Part shown: in pieces, positions 1 to 11,149 of the stretch
Numbering within the stretch: position 1 is the stretch's first letter
Layout of the letters: every line of letters begins with the position of its first letter
Assembly: GCA_907165135.1 (NCBI GenBank)
Contig: OU015566.1
Location: forward strand, 682,001 to 746,000
Direction of reading: 5' to 3'
DNA from: Oikopleura dioica
Taxonomy: Eukaryota; Animalia; Chordata
Length of the DNA stretch: 64,000 nucleotides
Position numbers and translations under genes: made by a program
Notes under the pieces: generated by a model
The model's input: only the letters and a program-made list of their open reading frames with translations
The model's database searches: none
Told to the model about the DNA's origin: nothing

Positions 1-1261
1 CCACGGGCTTCGACGCATGAATGGTCCAAACCAAAAAGAAGAGGAGATATGAACTCTCAAAGGAAGGGTTGATTTTTGTCTTGAAATGAACGTCCTAAAT
101 TCTCTTGAACATAAAATTCAAGAGAGAGGCGATTTTCTGGCAGTTAGATTTTCTGGCAGTTAGACTTTCTGGCAAAGGCGATTTTCTGGCACTGCCAGAA
201 AATCTAATATGACAGAAAATCAAATTTCCAGAAAATCGCCTCTTTTAATTTTGAATATACAGTTAATGATCCCTGAAGGTAAAAAACGGAGAGAAGAAAA
301 GCTCGGAATTCATCTTCTGATTCTTCTGAGGATGATTTCAAAAAACTAGTGCAGTTTTCTTAAGCTCGTCAAGACGAGTCGAATGATGGGTCTAACTCCT
401 GATAACTCGTAGGATTGACCGGTTTACCGGCTGGTTACCGGAAAATACGTTGTCACCGGCCGTTTTTGTTCTAGAAGTGATAGACTAATGTTTGACACCG
501 GAAATTGTTTCTTATAGTCAGTTCCCCTGCAGGGTAAAAGATGAAGTTTTAATCAATTCTCTGAAGAGAGTTATCACTAAAATACTATTTTTGGCGAAAA
601 TGGTACTAGAAATTAGGAACGTGCAGCAACAACAAAATTTAAGTAAAAAGTACTGTTCTTAGTGATAACTCTCTTCAGAGTATTCATACAACCTTCATTT
701 TTTACCCTGCAGGGGAAATGACTATAAGAAACAATTTCCGGTGTCAAACATTAGTCTATCACTTCTAGAACAAAAACGGCCGGTGACAACGTATTTTCCG
801 GTAACCAGCCGGTAAACCGGTCAATCCTACGAGTTATCAGGAGTTAGACCCATCATTCGACTCGTCTTGACGAGCTTAAGAAAACTGCACTAGTTTTTTG
901 AAATCATCCTCAGAAGAATCAGAAGATGAATTCCGAGCTTTTCTTTTCTCCGTTTTTTACCTTCAGGGATCATTAACTGGATATTCAAAATTCAAAGAGG
1001 CGATTTTCTGGAAATTAGATTTTCTGTCATATTAGATTTTCTGGCAGTGCCAGAAAATCGCCTTTGCCAGAAAGTCTAACTGCCAGAAAATCTAACTGCC
1101 AGAAAATCGCCTCTCTCAAAATTCAACACTCAAAAAGCCCTGGCTCCTTCTCTGGTGGCCCTCCTCCGCCAACCTCTCCACCAAGCGAAGGCTCCTCCAC
1201 CGCCAGGTTCGGCTTTGGCTACAACCGCCCGGATTCCAGAATGAAAACCTCCGACGTCTAA
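1..1261 (+). CDS. 3' end of an unidentified host gene; last exon about 1138-1261, with the foldback element in the preceding intron
   Basis: Pro/Ser-rich frame PGSFSGGPPPPTSPPSEG...KTSDV-stop follows an AG at 1136-1137 and is followed by AATAAA; the upstream part is not resolvable. Confidence 0.35.
122..1117. mobile_element. Non-autonomous foldback / Mutator-like (MULE) element
   Basis: Near-perfect inverted arms of about 460 bp (GAGAGAGGCG...CGCCTCTCTC) around a short spacer, internal GATTTTCTGGCA subrepeats, and a 9-bp direct repeat AAAATTCAA at 113-121 and 1118-1126 (MULE-type TSD length). Confidence 0.85.
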
Positions 1262-1393
1262 AATAAACCAAATTCAACAATTTTTTTGTCCTTTCTCATT
1301 CATTTGCTCAATAAAAATATTCTTCTCTACAGATGTTTTTTCTTATTTGTTTCCTCGTAATAAAGGGATAACACAATAACGCGGCATCTGAAA

Positions 1394-2629
1394 ATGATTA
1401 GTAGGACAACGAAATTTTACGAGCTTTTTGTGACGTTAAGTGTCCTTGTGGGCTCTGGCAAGCCCAGATTATCTTTTTTTCTGGCACGAAAACAAAGGAA
1501 AAAATACACGAAACAGAAACAAAATCAGATTTTTTTTCAAAGAAAAAAATTTTCAAATGTTGGTTTCTCTTATTTTTGGATTTTGCGCAGGAGAGATTTT
1601 GTATATCAAGAATTATGGCGAAAAGATTGATTTGAGGCGATTTGCGAGCTGTCATATTTATGATATGGAGCTGACGAAAACGATTACTGTCAAGTTGTCA
1701 GAAGATGAAGACGTAGAGTTTTTGGATATAAACGATGTTCAAGTTGGAATTGGTCACGTGCCTCTACCAATCCAGGTAAAATTTGGGGTTTTCGGCACGA
1801 GTCGACAAAAATTTCGAGAAATTTTGCGTTGGCGGCAATTCGGCCACTGATTGGCCGGCTAGCAAAATCAAGGCTTCTTATTGGTTGAAAATATCCACGC
1901 AAAATTTGTCGAAATTTTTTGTCGATTCGTGCCGCCTTCCCAAAATTTTGGGTTTCTTGATGCATGAATAAGGGTTTCGAGCCGATAAAAGTAAGAAAAA
2001 TTTTAAGAAACCGGTCGGCTACGGAAAACATCTAATCCAATGGATCACCGGCGAAAATACTTCAAAGAAAATTTCCTCCGAACTCGAAAAGCAGCTCATT
2101 TGCACAAAAGAAGAAGACGACTGCTTCATCCGGGTGAATTTCAGCGGCAAAAATGTGCTCAAAATTCGAGGAATTTCACAAAGCTTCTGTCAAAACGCAT
2201 TTATTACGACTTCAAAGCGACCAGCTCATGATCTTTTAAAAAGTCATCAGCCGGATTTCAGAGTTGAGAATCATCAGCAAGAAAAGGAGTTTTTCTCGAT
2301 GGTATGCCCTTAATTTTGTTGTAAAGGAGGGATAACATGTGTTTTTCCAGGGACTGATTATTGGAATTTCTTCGTCAGTGGCAGTTTTCTTTATTTTGGG
2401 ACTCCTGGTCGTCATTTTCATTCGACGACGTCAAAAAAATCTTGAAAAGGAGGAAGAATCGGCATGGAACGCTCAATCGTCTGGCGAATCAAGAAGAGTG
2501 GAGCATATTTACGAAGAAATAGACGATTCCCTCATCGGGCAAAATCCTTCTTATCATGTTTACGACACGCTAGAATATGCAACGACAGGGAGAGCACAGA
2601 CAAATGGATATGACCACCTTCAACTGTAA
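1394..2629 (+). CDS. Host multi-exon single-pass membrane protein with tyrosine-motif cytoplasmic tail
   Basis: Last exon encodes TM GLIIGISSSVAVFFILGLLVVIFI, then RRRQK and a tail with YEEI, YDTL, YDHL; upstream exons inferred from GT/AG sites; the 5' structure is uncertain. Confidence 0.5.
1779..1965. repeat. Dispersed MITE-like repeat with paired CCAAT/ATTGG cores
   Basis: Imperfect inverted arms (GTCGACAAAAATTTCGA / TCGAAATTTTTTGTCGA); similar segments recur near 26700, 33930, 46200, 47350-47470, 48260-48600 and 49720-49870. Confidence 0.45.
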
Positions 2630-2673
2630 AAAAATGCAAAAAACTGTAAATAAATTCAAAGGAAACAGACCTT

Positions 2674-3116
2674 AGTAGTATGTACATAAGCTTTTTTCAA
2701 TGATGGAGATAATGTAAACAAAGAAAGGTAAATAATTATAAATATTTATGAAATATATAAACAAGTTAAAATATTTATTTTAAACGCAAACATATGATAA
2801 ATATTAGTAAACTAAATATAAAATATAAACATGAGTCATCCAAACAAAGGACGGTCAAAAATAACAAAAAATTTCTAGAAGGTTATTTGAATAACCAAGT
2901 TATTCAAATAACTTGTTATTGAAATAACTTGTTATTCAAATAACTTTTTATTACGATAACCGTTATTCAAATAACCTTCTAGAAACTTTTATGTTATTTT
3001 TTACAAAAACTGTCCCTTGGATAAGACTTTTCAAATATAAACATGAGTAGGGTTTGTATCGGGAAGGCGGCGCGCGGCGTGGCACTTTTCACCCAAAATG
3101 ACGGAAATCTATTTCG
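2674..3116 (+). repeat. Left terminal inverted repeat of the Polinton
   Basis: Reverse complement of 24668-25110; the outer part appears identical by eye, the inner 100-150 bp has scattered mismatches. Confidence 0.95.
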
Positions 3117-3974
3117 TTCTTTCAGATAAAATTTCAATGAAAAATACTTTCCGGATACTAAAATGATGAAACTTCTTCATAATTTGCTCTTCAAAATTAA
3201 TTGTACCGCCAAAAAAATTTTCAGGCGTAACAAAAACTCAAATTTTCCGAAACCTACAGAATACTGAGTGAAGGTCGTGGCGCGGTAGTGCATAAGAGGG
3301 TGAGCGCGGGCGAGAAATCAGTTTCTCTTACTTTTGAAGCTAGCACCGAGCTTAAAAAGCTCTAATTTTTGATATTTTCAGAAACAGACCTGTTAACAAT
3401 ATCTGTGAAAGTTTAAAAGCGTAACGAAAACTAGAACCTTCCGAAATCGAACGTTGATTGACTGAAAAAGATGGCGCGGCGGGGAATTACGCATTGAGCG
3501 CGCCCGGAACTAGTGCTCCTTCCATGGGCTCAGAGTCTATTGACATTGCGCTCCACGGAAGGTTCGAACCTTTCGGACTCAGTGGGTTATCTCAAAGAAT
3601 GTGGCTCCCTCTTTTGGTTCATTTTCGAATCAAGTTCGCTCGAGCGGCAAGAATCTTCACACTCGACATAAAATGAAACAAGAAGATGAATAGCATGAAC
3701 AGTACTTATACTTCTAAGAAAAAGTAAAATGAAACTCTAAAACACTTATTCCTTTGTAAGCTACTCTCAATATTTCTATTTCTGTAAAATGAAGCTTGAT
3801 TTTTATTTATTGTTATCGTCATTGGATATCCTTAATAAATTATCTTAAATATAAAAAAAATCGTTTTTCTATTCAAGAAAAAAGTGTTCATATGAAGTAA
3901 AAAAGAAAAATTATCAGGATCGCAGAAGTCCAGCTAAGAAATATGAGCAACAATATCGAGTTCCTTGCTGCTAC

Positions 3975-4380
3975 AGAGTGTTATTGGAATCAGGGATTCG
4001 GAACGGAGTATTGTTGGGCATAGACCAGCTTTTGAAAGTATTACTTGGCTCAGGCCGATTCCAAAGGTATTTTTGGGATCAGGCCGATTCTGAAAGGTAT
4101 TTTTGGGATCGGGGCGATTTCTGAGGTATTTTTGGGATCGGGGCGATTCCTGAGGTATTTTGGGATCGGGGCGATTTCTGAGGTATTTTTGGGATCGGGG
4201 CGATTTCTGTGGTATTTTTGGGATCGGGGGCGATTTCTGAGGTATTTTTGGGATCGGGGCGATTTCTGAGGTATTTTTGGGATCGGGGCGATTCCTGAGG
4301 TATTTTTGGGATCGGGGCGATTCCTGAGGTATTTTTGGGATCGGGGCGATTTCTGAAAGGTATTTTTGGGCTGAGGCGAT
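3975..4380 (+). repeat. Tandem array of about 29-bp units (GAGGTATTTTTGGGATCGGGGCGATTTCT), about 11 good copies plus degenerate upstream copies
   Basis: Directly visible periodicity; same core as 17951-18112 (inverted) and 11150-11420 (degenerate). Confidence 0.9.
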
Positions 4381-4698
4381 ATTTTTACAAGTGGTCTTTT
4401 TGTTTTAGACCAGATCTTACGCAGTTCAAAAGAGGAAACGTCCTTTGACACTATTTATAAATACATCAAAGAAAAATATGCATGAGTTGAGTCAATATAG
4501 GTCCAGAGTCAATAAAATATTGTGAATTTGTTCAAACGCTGGAAAATAAACTGACATTTTGAACAAATGATCGCTTGAATTTTCAAAGCAACCGGTAATT
4601 GGCGTTGATAAACAAGTGTGCCAAAAAATCTACGTCGGCGCTGAAGATCAGTCCGTATAAATATCGTGCAAAATTTGGCCTATCTGTCAAATTTTAAA

Positions 4699-6589
4699 AT
4701 GGCTAAGTGCTTGAAAATTCTCAAGAAAATACAAAAAGCAGATATTAATTACCGCAATGAAACAGACCGACTTGCTAGCGAGTTTGAGGACGAACTCGCA
4801 AATGTCGAGGACAAAGAACCAGTCCTTCGTGATTTACGTAAGTAGAGAAAAATACGATTCTTATTACCTTATCATATTTTCAGGGGGGACACTTGATATG
4901 ACTGATAAAAGCTCCCAGTGCAACCTCAGGCTCGAACACATTCTCGAAGAATATAGCAGTGAGATCGATTGTGACGTTTCAAGTGCTTATGAGTCTTCCT
5001 CTGAAGAGGACTCGTGTGATGAAGAATGGGTTCCTACCACACCTCCCCACACCCGAGGTAATTCCCTTCCAAAAGCTCCCCGGAAGGAAAAACTCTCATA
5101 TGTGAGGTCGAATCTTCGCGGTATATCATGGTGTTTACGAAAGAGTTTTAAAACTTTCTAGGCGCGAGACGGCGTTTGGTCTTTGACTCCGAGGAGGAAA
5201 CCAAGTCTTCAGAGGAAGCGCGTCAGGATAAACTCAAGCAGAAAAAAGCCCATTCCTCAAAGAGACTGCGAGAGGAAGAAGCCGCGGAACAACCTTCAAA
5301 ACGAGTCCGCCGAGAAGCTGTCCAACCAAGAAACGTTTTCGATGACATCGAGGATGAGCAAACTCGTGATAGTTTCGGTTATACACGACACGAAGAAAAG
5401 CAAGAGAATACCGCTGACGACTTAGAAGAAAACAATCAACAGGAAGATGAGTCCGAAAATGAGCCTGATGCTTTAGAGAGTGACGATTATTCAAACGTTG
5501 AGGACTACGAGTCGGAAGAAGAAGTCTTTCAGCCTGCTCATGATGTCAATAACAAAGACCATCACTCAGGACAAGAAGGTGAGTTGAGCTCTCAACTGAT
5601 CGAAGACACCCCTGGACCAAGCTCTCGACTGATCGAAGACACACCTGGACCAAGCTCTCGACTGATCGGGGACGCTCCATCACCAAGCTCTCAACTGATC
5701 GAAGACACACCTGGATCAAGCTCACGACTGATCGGAGACGCTCCTACACCAAGCTCTCAACTGATCGAGGACACTCCTGGACCAAGCTCTCAACTGATCC
5801 AGGGCAGTCCTGAATCAAGCTGTCGACGTCAAGATGATCAGCAGAAGTCTGAAAAATGGCAACTCTGGAGTCCATCCCAATGGGAAATCATCGGTAAATC
5901 ACCTCCACCTGACTACGATCCTAACCAGCGCTTCGGGAGAAGCGTTATCCGCTTCGCCGCACCTGCTGAAAACAAAAACGATCAAGGTTAGAGACATTTT
6001 TCTACCAGATTGTTTATCATGATTCAGTTATTGACTTAACAGGCTCTCCTGATCGGGAAATCAACGTCGATGGTCATATGAAAGACGGGTCAGAAGGTAT
6101 CTATTATTAAAAAAAAGATATATAAATATATTTTCATAGTTATCGATCTCACTGATACCTTTGACGACGAGGACAGTGTTGACGATGACATGATCAATGG
6201 GTTGGTTGCCGAAGCAGAGGAGAGAGAAAGACAGCAACTTCAATCAGAACTGGAAAATCCTTCACGCGGAGGTACTCCAGACCAGGGGTGGATATTTTCA
6301 TTTCAACTCCTCATTTCAACCCAAATTTGACCATCCTGATTGGTCGAGAACGGGAATTTCGGGGTTTGAAATGAGGTTTGAAATCAAAATATCCACCCCT
6401 GCTCACGACACGATTATAGAGCATTGTCTCAGCCCATACCTCTTAGGCGAAACACTTGACGACTGTTTCAGATTTGGGATTCTCACAAAAGATGCAATAG
6501 AATTTATCGAAGAGACCATCTATGAACAAGAAGACTACCCTGATCCTTCTCCCACAATTTCGCCCATAAAAACTTACACTCAACTTTAA
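4699..6589 (+). CDS. Polinton accessory gene: spliced, acidic, disordered, probably nuclear protein with 7 x 11-aa repeats
   Basis: ATG at 4699; GT-AG introns 4838-4883, 5121-5161, 5987-6042 and 6097-6139 join frames; repeats SSQLIEDTPGP at about 5587-5817; NLS-like KRLR/KRVRR; VIDLT motif. The junction to the last ORF (6197-6589) is unresolved. Confidence 0.6.
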
Positions 6590-6809
6590 TTTCTACCTTC
6601 CTTTATGCGTTCCTTGGTGTTTCCTTTATCTTGTGTTTGTCTTTATTTACTCATGTTTACCGAAAAAAAAAAAAATTATAAATAAAAATGGTGTCTAAAA
6701 AACTTTGACTTTGTCATTTTGTTGCCAAGTTTGAAAAAAGCACTGATAATAAGCACTGAAAAGTCCATAAATATGCAACGATAAGGTCCACAATTATTCT
6801 TAAAAAAAA

Positions 6810-7079
6810 ATGAATCGCTCACTTCCACTTTCGGAAGAGTTTCCTTTTTTCGATGTCATCTGCGAGCTCAAAGATCAACTTCTTTCAATCCAGCATCGTT
6901 TTTTTACTGGGGTTTCCGGCGTTGCCTTCATTGGCCTTATCATCACAGTTGGCTTCTACACAAAATTGTGTATGATCATCTGTGAGAAAAAGAAGAATGT
7001 TTCCCGAAAAAATCCTGACCGACGCGAGAATATCACGATTTCAGAACCTTTTGATGCCGTCCATAATACTCTTGTTTAA
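6810..7079 (+). CDS. Polinton accessory small single-pass membrane protein (89 aa)
   Basis: ATG ORF; hydrophobic FFTGVSGVAFIGLIITVGFYTKLCMIIC followed by KKKNVSRK; ends ...NTLV; AATAAA immediately downstream. Confidence 0.7.
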   Translation: MNRSLPLSEEFPFFDVICELKDQLLSIQHRFFTGVSGVAFIGLIITVGFYTKLCMIICEKKKNVSRKNPDRRENITISEPFDAVHNTLV

Positions 7080-7453
7080 ATAAAAGAAACAAGTAGATAT
7101 GTGACCGAGTTTCTTTTTTATTTCAATTAAATTATTGAGGAACTGTTCATTTGAATTATAATGGCAGGTTATAATAGAGGGAAGAACTTTTTCAATAAGT
7201 GGCGCAGGTATCTTTAAGAACTCAGAAGAAAATGAACTGGTGTGATAAGCGGTTTCGAAGGTTATTAACGAGCGGATTTATCAATTATCAATAGCGTCAG
7301 GAACAAACTGGAGAAGATTTTCAATGAAATGGTGATTGTCGGAATCAACGAGGAGAGGAGACTTGTTTTTATGCTTCGGATGATAATAATTGTTGCTTGA
7401 GCTGGAACCGTAAAAAGAGCTTATTTCTGGTCGGAAAAGAGACGTAAATTTAC

Positions 7454-7888
7454 CTAGTTTGTGTCCATATCGTCAGATTTAGCAGAGCCGGAAGTTTCCA
7501 TTTCCTCAGTCTGATCCTCCGTGGTAGTATCCATTTTAGACGCGATCTTTTCTTATAGAGAGATAAGTTATTTTTCTTTCACGATTGAAAAATACCTGTT
7601 ACGATTTTTTGCAACTCTGCAAGTTGACCGTTAGTGATCTTGATGATGAAAGTCGAAGCTGCTTGCTTCGCATCTATTATGTTTCAGAAATGAAAAGATG
7701 AAAATAAGAGTACCTAATTCAGATTGAATTTTGATGAGGGCAGCAAGATCTCCTTCTTCGATTTTGCTCATGAGATCTTTCTCTTCATCCGTATCTAGTA
7801 TCTTTGTTTGATCTTGCAGGTTTATCATCTTGGTTCTCGTGGGAATAGGTGGTTTCTCACGCTTATCAAAAATGTGTAAAGAATGCAA
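7454..7888 (-). CDS. Polinton accessory gene, partial spliced model; 5' end unresolved
   Basis: Frame ...KILDTDEEKDLMSKIEEGDLAALIKIQSEL continues across two short GT-AG introns into DAKQAASTFIIKIT... and EKIASKMDTTTEDQ...DTN-stop; no clear start codon found. Confidence 0.35.
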
Positions 7889-8701
7889 GTTTTTGGCGCC
7901 TGGCCGAGTGGAGAATCTGTAGCAGCGCGCGCTTTACTGTTACTCGCAGTCTTAAACGCGTGGGGATGAATCGGCGAATCGGTGGCGAGAACCGCAGGGC
8001 GCGCGAGTTTTGAGCACGCTCCTTCACCCCTCGAATGCGTAGGCAATAAAATCAAACCAACTGATGCAGGTTCATCACCAGATCATAACTTGAAGTTGCC
8101 ATAAAGCGCAAACAACATCAAGAGAGAATCAACCTTTTTATTTTCTTTATTTAAAACTGATTGACTTAAAATGACTTAATATTTTAATCTAAAGAGAGAT
8201 TCTTATAGAGACGACAAAATGTTCCACGCGAAATTCGTCCACATGCGACTAATCCGAAACAAGGTATGAAAAAAAAAGATGAACAGATAAAAAAAATTCT
8301 AATATAGCGTAACAAAGGCTTTGGACGATAGAGTGCATTTCAAGAAACAAGAAAGGTTTAATTTTGCGTTTATTTTTTATTTACAAACAATAAGACAAGG
8401 CGATATGAAATAAGAGTTAAATTAACTTTCAAAGACTTCTTCCACTTGCCAAAATTATAACAACCGATATGAATTGACCGGCAAATTGACGCTCAAAGAC
8501 TGTTTTCGACTTTTTATCTGACCTGCTTTACAAATTTTTTTCTTTCGCTGAAGATAATTGAACTGGGGTGTAGATTTTGATGTAAACTTGGTTTCAGGCA
8601 GTTATTCTTTCAAGTAAACTAAATTCATCTCAAAATCTACACCCTATTTTTAATAAAATCAGCTGAAAATTACGTTAAAATAAAGTCGAAAAGAGTTAAG
8701 A

Positions 8702-9304
8702 ATGTTTTTTTTCCCAACAATCCACCCTCCTTTGACGTTCCCCGGTCACACAACGGACACAACATCTACAACCTCTCTTGGATCAACGTCGACCACTCAC
8801 ACATTTTCGACCGTTACCAATGGTACCTCAACGAATACAATCGAGCCCGACGAAATTTTCAATGGAAAAATCATCGCTGTCGGAATAGCGGGTAAATTTA
8901 GTTACATAGGAAGATCATTCTCATTTTCATTCTAGCCCCAGTTTCGGTTATAATAGTGATCATGCTCGCAATCCTCATTTACAAAAGACGAGTTCGAATA
9001 ACCTCCTTCTGGGTTGACTTACGGAGAGTGCTTGTTTTGCATTGCTGTGATAATGAAGGTAGTTAGATCAGCCTATCTTATTACTAAAAAAGTCTTCTTA
9101 GAAGAACGCGACCTCGAATTGCAAAACAGACGCGCAGACGAAGAACGAATGATTCTGAATGAAAGACGGCAAAAGAAAGACGGACGGAAACCGACTGTGG
9201 ATAGCAACACGCAGACAGAACAGCAAGAAGATGACAAAGAGGACAAGAAGGACGAATGGAGGTGCCCTCAAGTATCCTGGCAAGAATGGATCGACAGTTG
9301 GTGA
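8702..9304 (+). CDS. Polinton accessory single-pass membrane protein A with Thr/Ser-rich ectodomain and no signal peptide
   Basis: Introns 8892-8935 and 9059-9101 give MFFFPTIHPP...TTDTTSTTS...NGTS...IIAVGIAAPVSVIIVIMLAILIY-KRRVR...LHCCDNEEERDLE...WQEWIDSW; the TM helix spans the first splice junction. Confidence 0.8.
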
Positions 9305-9409
9305 TTGAAAAAGGACTGTGAAAAGAATGTTTTTTGAATGATTAAATTAGAAAGAAAGTGAATAAATAACATCTTTTTGCATAAAAGACTGAATCGGTAA
9401 TCTGGGCTA

Positions 9410-9698
9410 ATGGACAATTACGAAGGCGACGACGTTCACGATTCGGACCTTGAGCAGCAAGTCAACAAGCAAAGAGGTAAAAAGAAAACAGAAAACTCTT
9501 TCATTTTTAACTTAATTAAAAAAAGGTCTCACTTTCATCGAATCCTCGATCCTTGTCTTTCTCGCGATTCAATGCGTTGGTCTTCTCGCTACATTCATCA
9601 TCTACCTTGCTGGACTGGCTTTCGCGATTTTCCCCTTCATCAACCTTGTCTGGTTCTTGTTCCGTCGACCCAGAACCCCGACAATGTTTAGGCTGTGA
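9410..9698 (+). CDS. Polinton accessory hydrophobic hairpin (2-TM) protein B, about 79 aa
   Basis: Intron 9477-9525 gives MDNYEGDDVHDSDLEQQVNKQRGLTFIESSILVFLAIQCVGLLATFIIYLAGLAFAIFPFINLVWFLFRRPRTPTMFRL. Confidence 0.7.
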
Positions 9699-9810
9699 AA
9701 GAAACTCAGATCGCTAGAGATTGCATAAAATTCTTTCATAAATAAGACTGAAAATCGTGACGCGATGGACGACTCGTCGGAGTTTGACCAAGATTATCGA
9801 TGGGACTACT

Positions 9811-10248
9811 ATGATGAACGAACCGTCTCCGAGCTATGCCGTCTTCGTAAGAATTAATGAAAAACAGAATTTTACATAAATAGTCGGTAACGAGTCGGCA
9901 AATATCACCTCTACACGGACACCACCGACTGCTACGTCATCCATTATCAATGGAACTTCAAACGTCAACCAACTTGGTAAAAGTAGATAGACAAAAAGAT
10001 TCTTACCTTGAATAGACGAAAACAACACGCCAAAAACCTTCTCCATGGTTGAAATGATCGTCATCACCCTCCTCGCCTTCAACACTATTCTCCTTCTCAC
10101 CTTGATCCTCATCCTCTGCCAGAAGAAGAAGAAGAAGACACCTAAGCCAACAAGAAACGGTAATCTCTATCATTCCTTTTCGCCTTCATAAAATATATTC
10201 TTAGTTCACTACACGCCGATCTCAGCACCACTTCCACTCGACATTTAA
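9811..10248 (+). CDS. Polinton accessory single-pass membrane protein C
   Basis: Introns 9847-9883, 9977-10015 and 10160-10204 give MMNEPSPSYAVFSVTSRQ...NGTS...MVEMIVITLLAFNTILLLTLILIL-C-QKKKKK...HYTPISAPLPLDI. Confidence 0.7.
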
Positions 10249-10334
10249 ACCTGCCACTTAAAGGAGAAAAGCTGTCTTTGAATACTGATATGAAACTAAA
10301 ACTAGAATATTGTAGACAGTTTTTCCATTCAGAA

Positions 10335-10883
10335 ATGTTCTTTCCATTCTTCAAAGGATTCAGTGGGCCAAATCGAAACAATGGCCGAAACGGAGAGGGA
10401 TTCCCGGATCAAGGCAGACAGCAAGACGATCAGAGCAGAAATCATTCGAACCCAGAGGGTGAATGTACAAATCCAGACGATGACTTCGAATTCGATGTCG
10501 ACATACAAAAAGGACGTGTGCGCACGAATGATCGCGTCATCGCTATTCTCATCCTATTACTTTTCTTCTATATCGTCTACGAAAGTAAGAAATCAAATCT
10601 TTCAAAGGAGTTCTAAAGTTTTCAATAGACGGAAGAAATAGACAGAGACAACGTGAGCCCCGAAGAATTCGAATGATTCGGAATCCGGATCGAATCGAAG
10701 AGTTGGAGAGTGAGGACGAAATGGATATCACTCAGCGCCCGGCAATTGAGGATCATCAAGCTGAAGGTAAAATAAGCTTTCTTCCAAACAGAAAATAAAC
10801 GCAAATTAGAGGCCAACAGACCACAACGCCGACGGACACGCACTCAACCCTTACAAATCTGTCACAGACAGAAACGCTATTAG
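10335..10883 (+). CDS. Polinton accessory single-pass membrane protein D; 3' end uncertain
   Basis: MFFPFFKGFSGP...RVIAILILLLFFYIVYE, a GT-AG intron, then NGRNRQRQREPRRIR...; a second short intron follows; the terminal exon frame is ambiguous. Confidence 0.6.
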
Positions 10884-11149
10884 GTAAGAAAACAAATTCG
10901 CAGGCAAAAACCTAATCATTTATTTAGATTCATCCAGAGCAAGACGCAGCTTCTTCAAACCGCCAAGAAAAACATTCGTGATAACAAGCTTCCTGTAGAA
11001 AAATGTGCCTTAAAAACAAAAATAAAAGACAAAATAGCTCTCAAAGATAAAAGGTTCTCATCTTTATTGCAAATAAAATGACAGGAAAAATATATTTTAT
11101 AGTTTACGGATTGACTCAAGCAAATAAAGGGCCTTGTTCGATGAAGAGC

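Noticed and set aside
3458-3900. Additional small genes just inside the left TIR
   Set aside because: No ATG-initiated or consistently spliceable frame could be built.
4045-4451. ORFs 4045-4269 (+) and 4050-4451 (-)
   Set aside because: Translations of the 29-bp tandem array; the period is not a multiple of 3 and the peptides cycle through frames.
4699-7079. LxCxE retinoblastoma-binding (E1A-like oncoid) motif in left-arm proteins
   Set aside because: Searched by eye; only near-misses (IDCDV, DSCDE, VICEL) were found.
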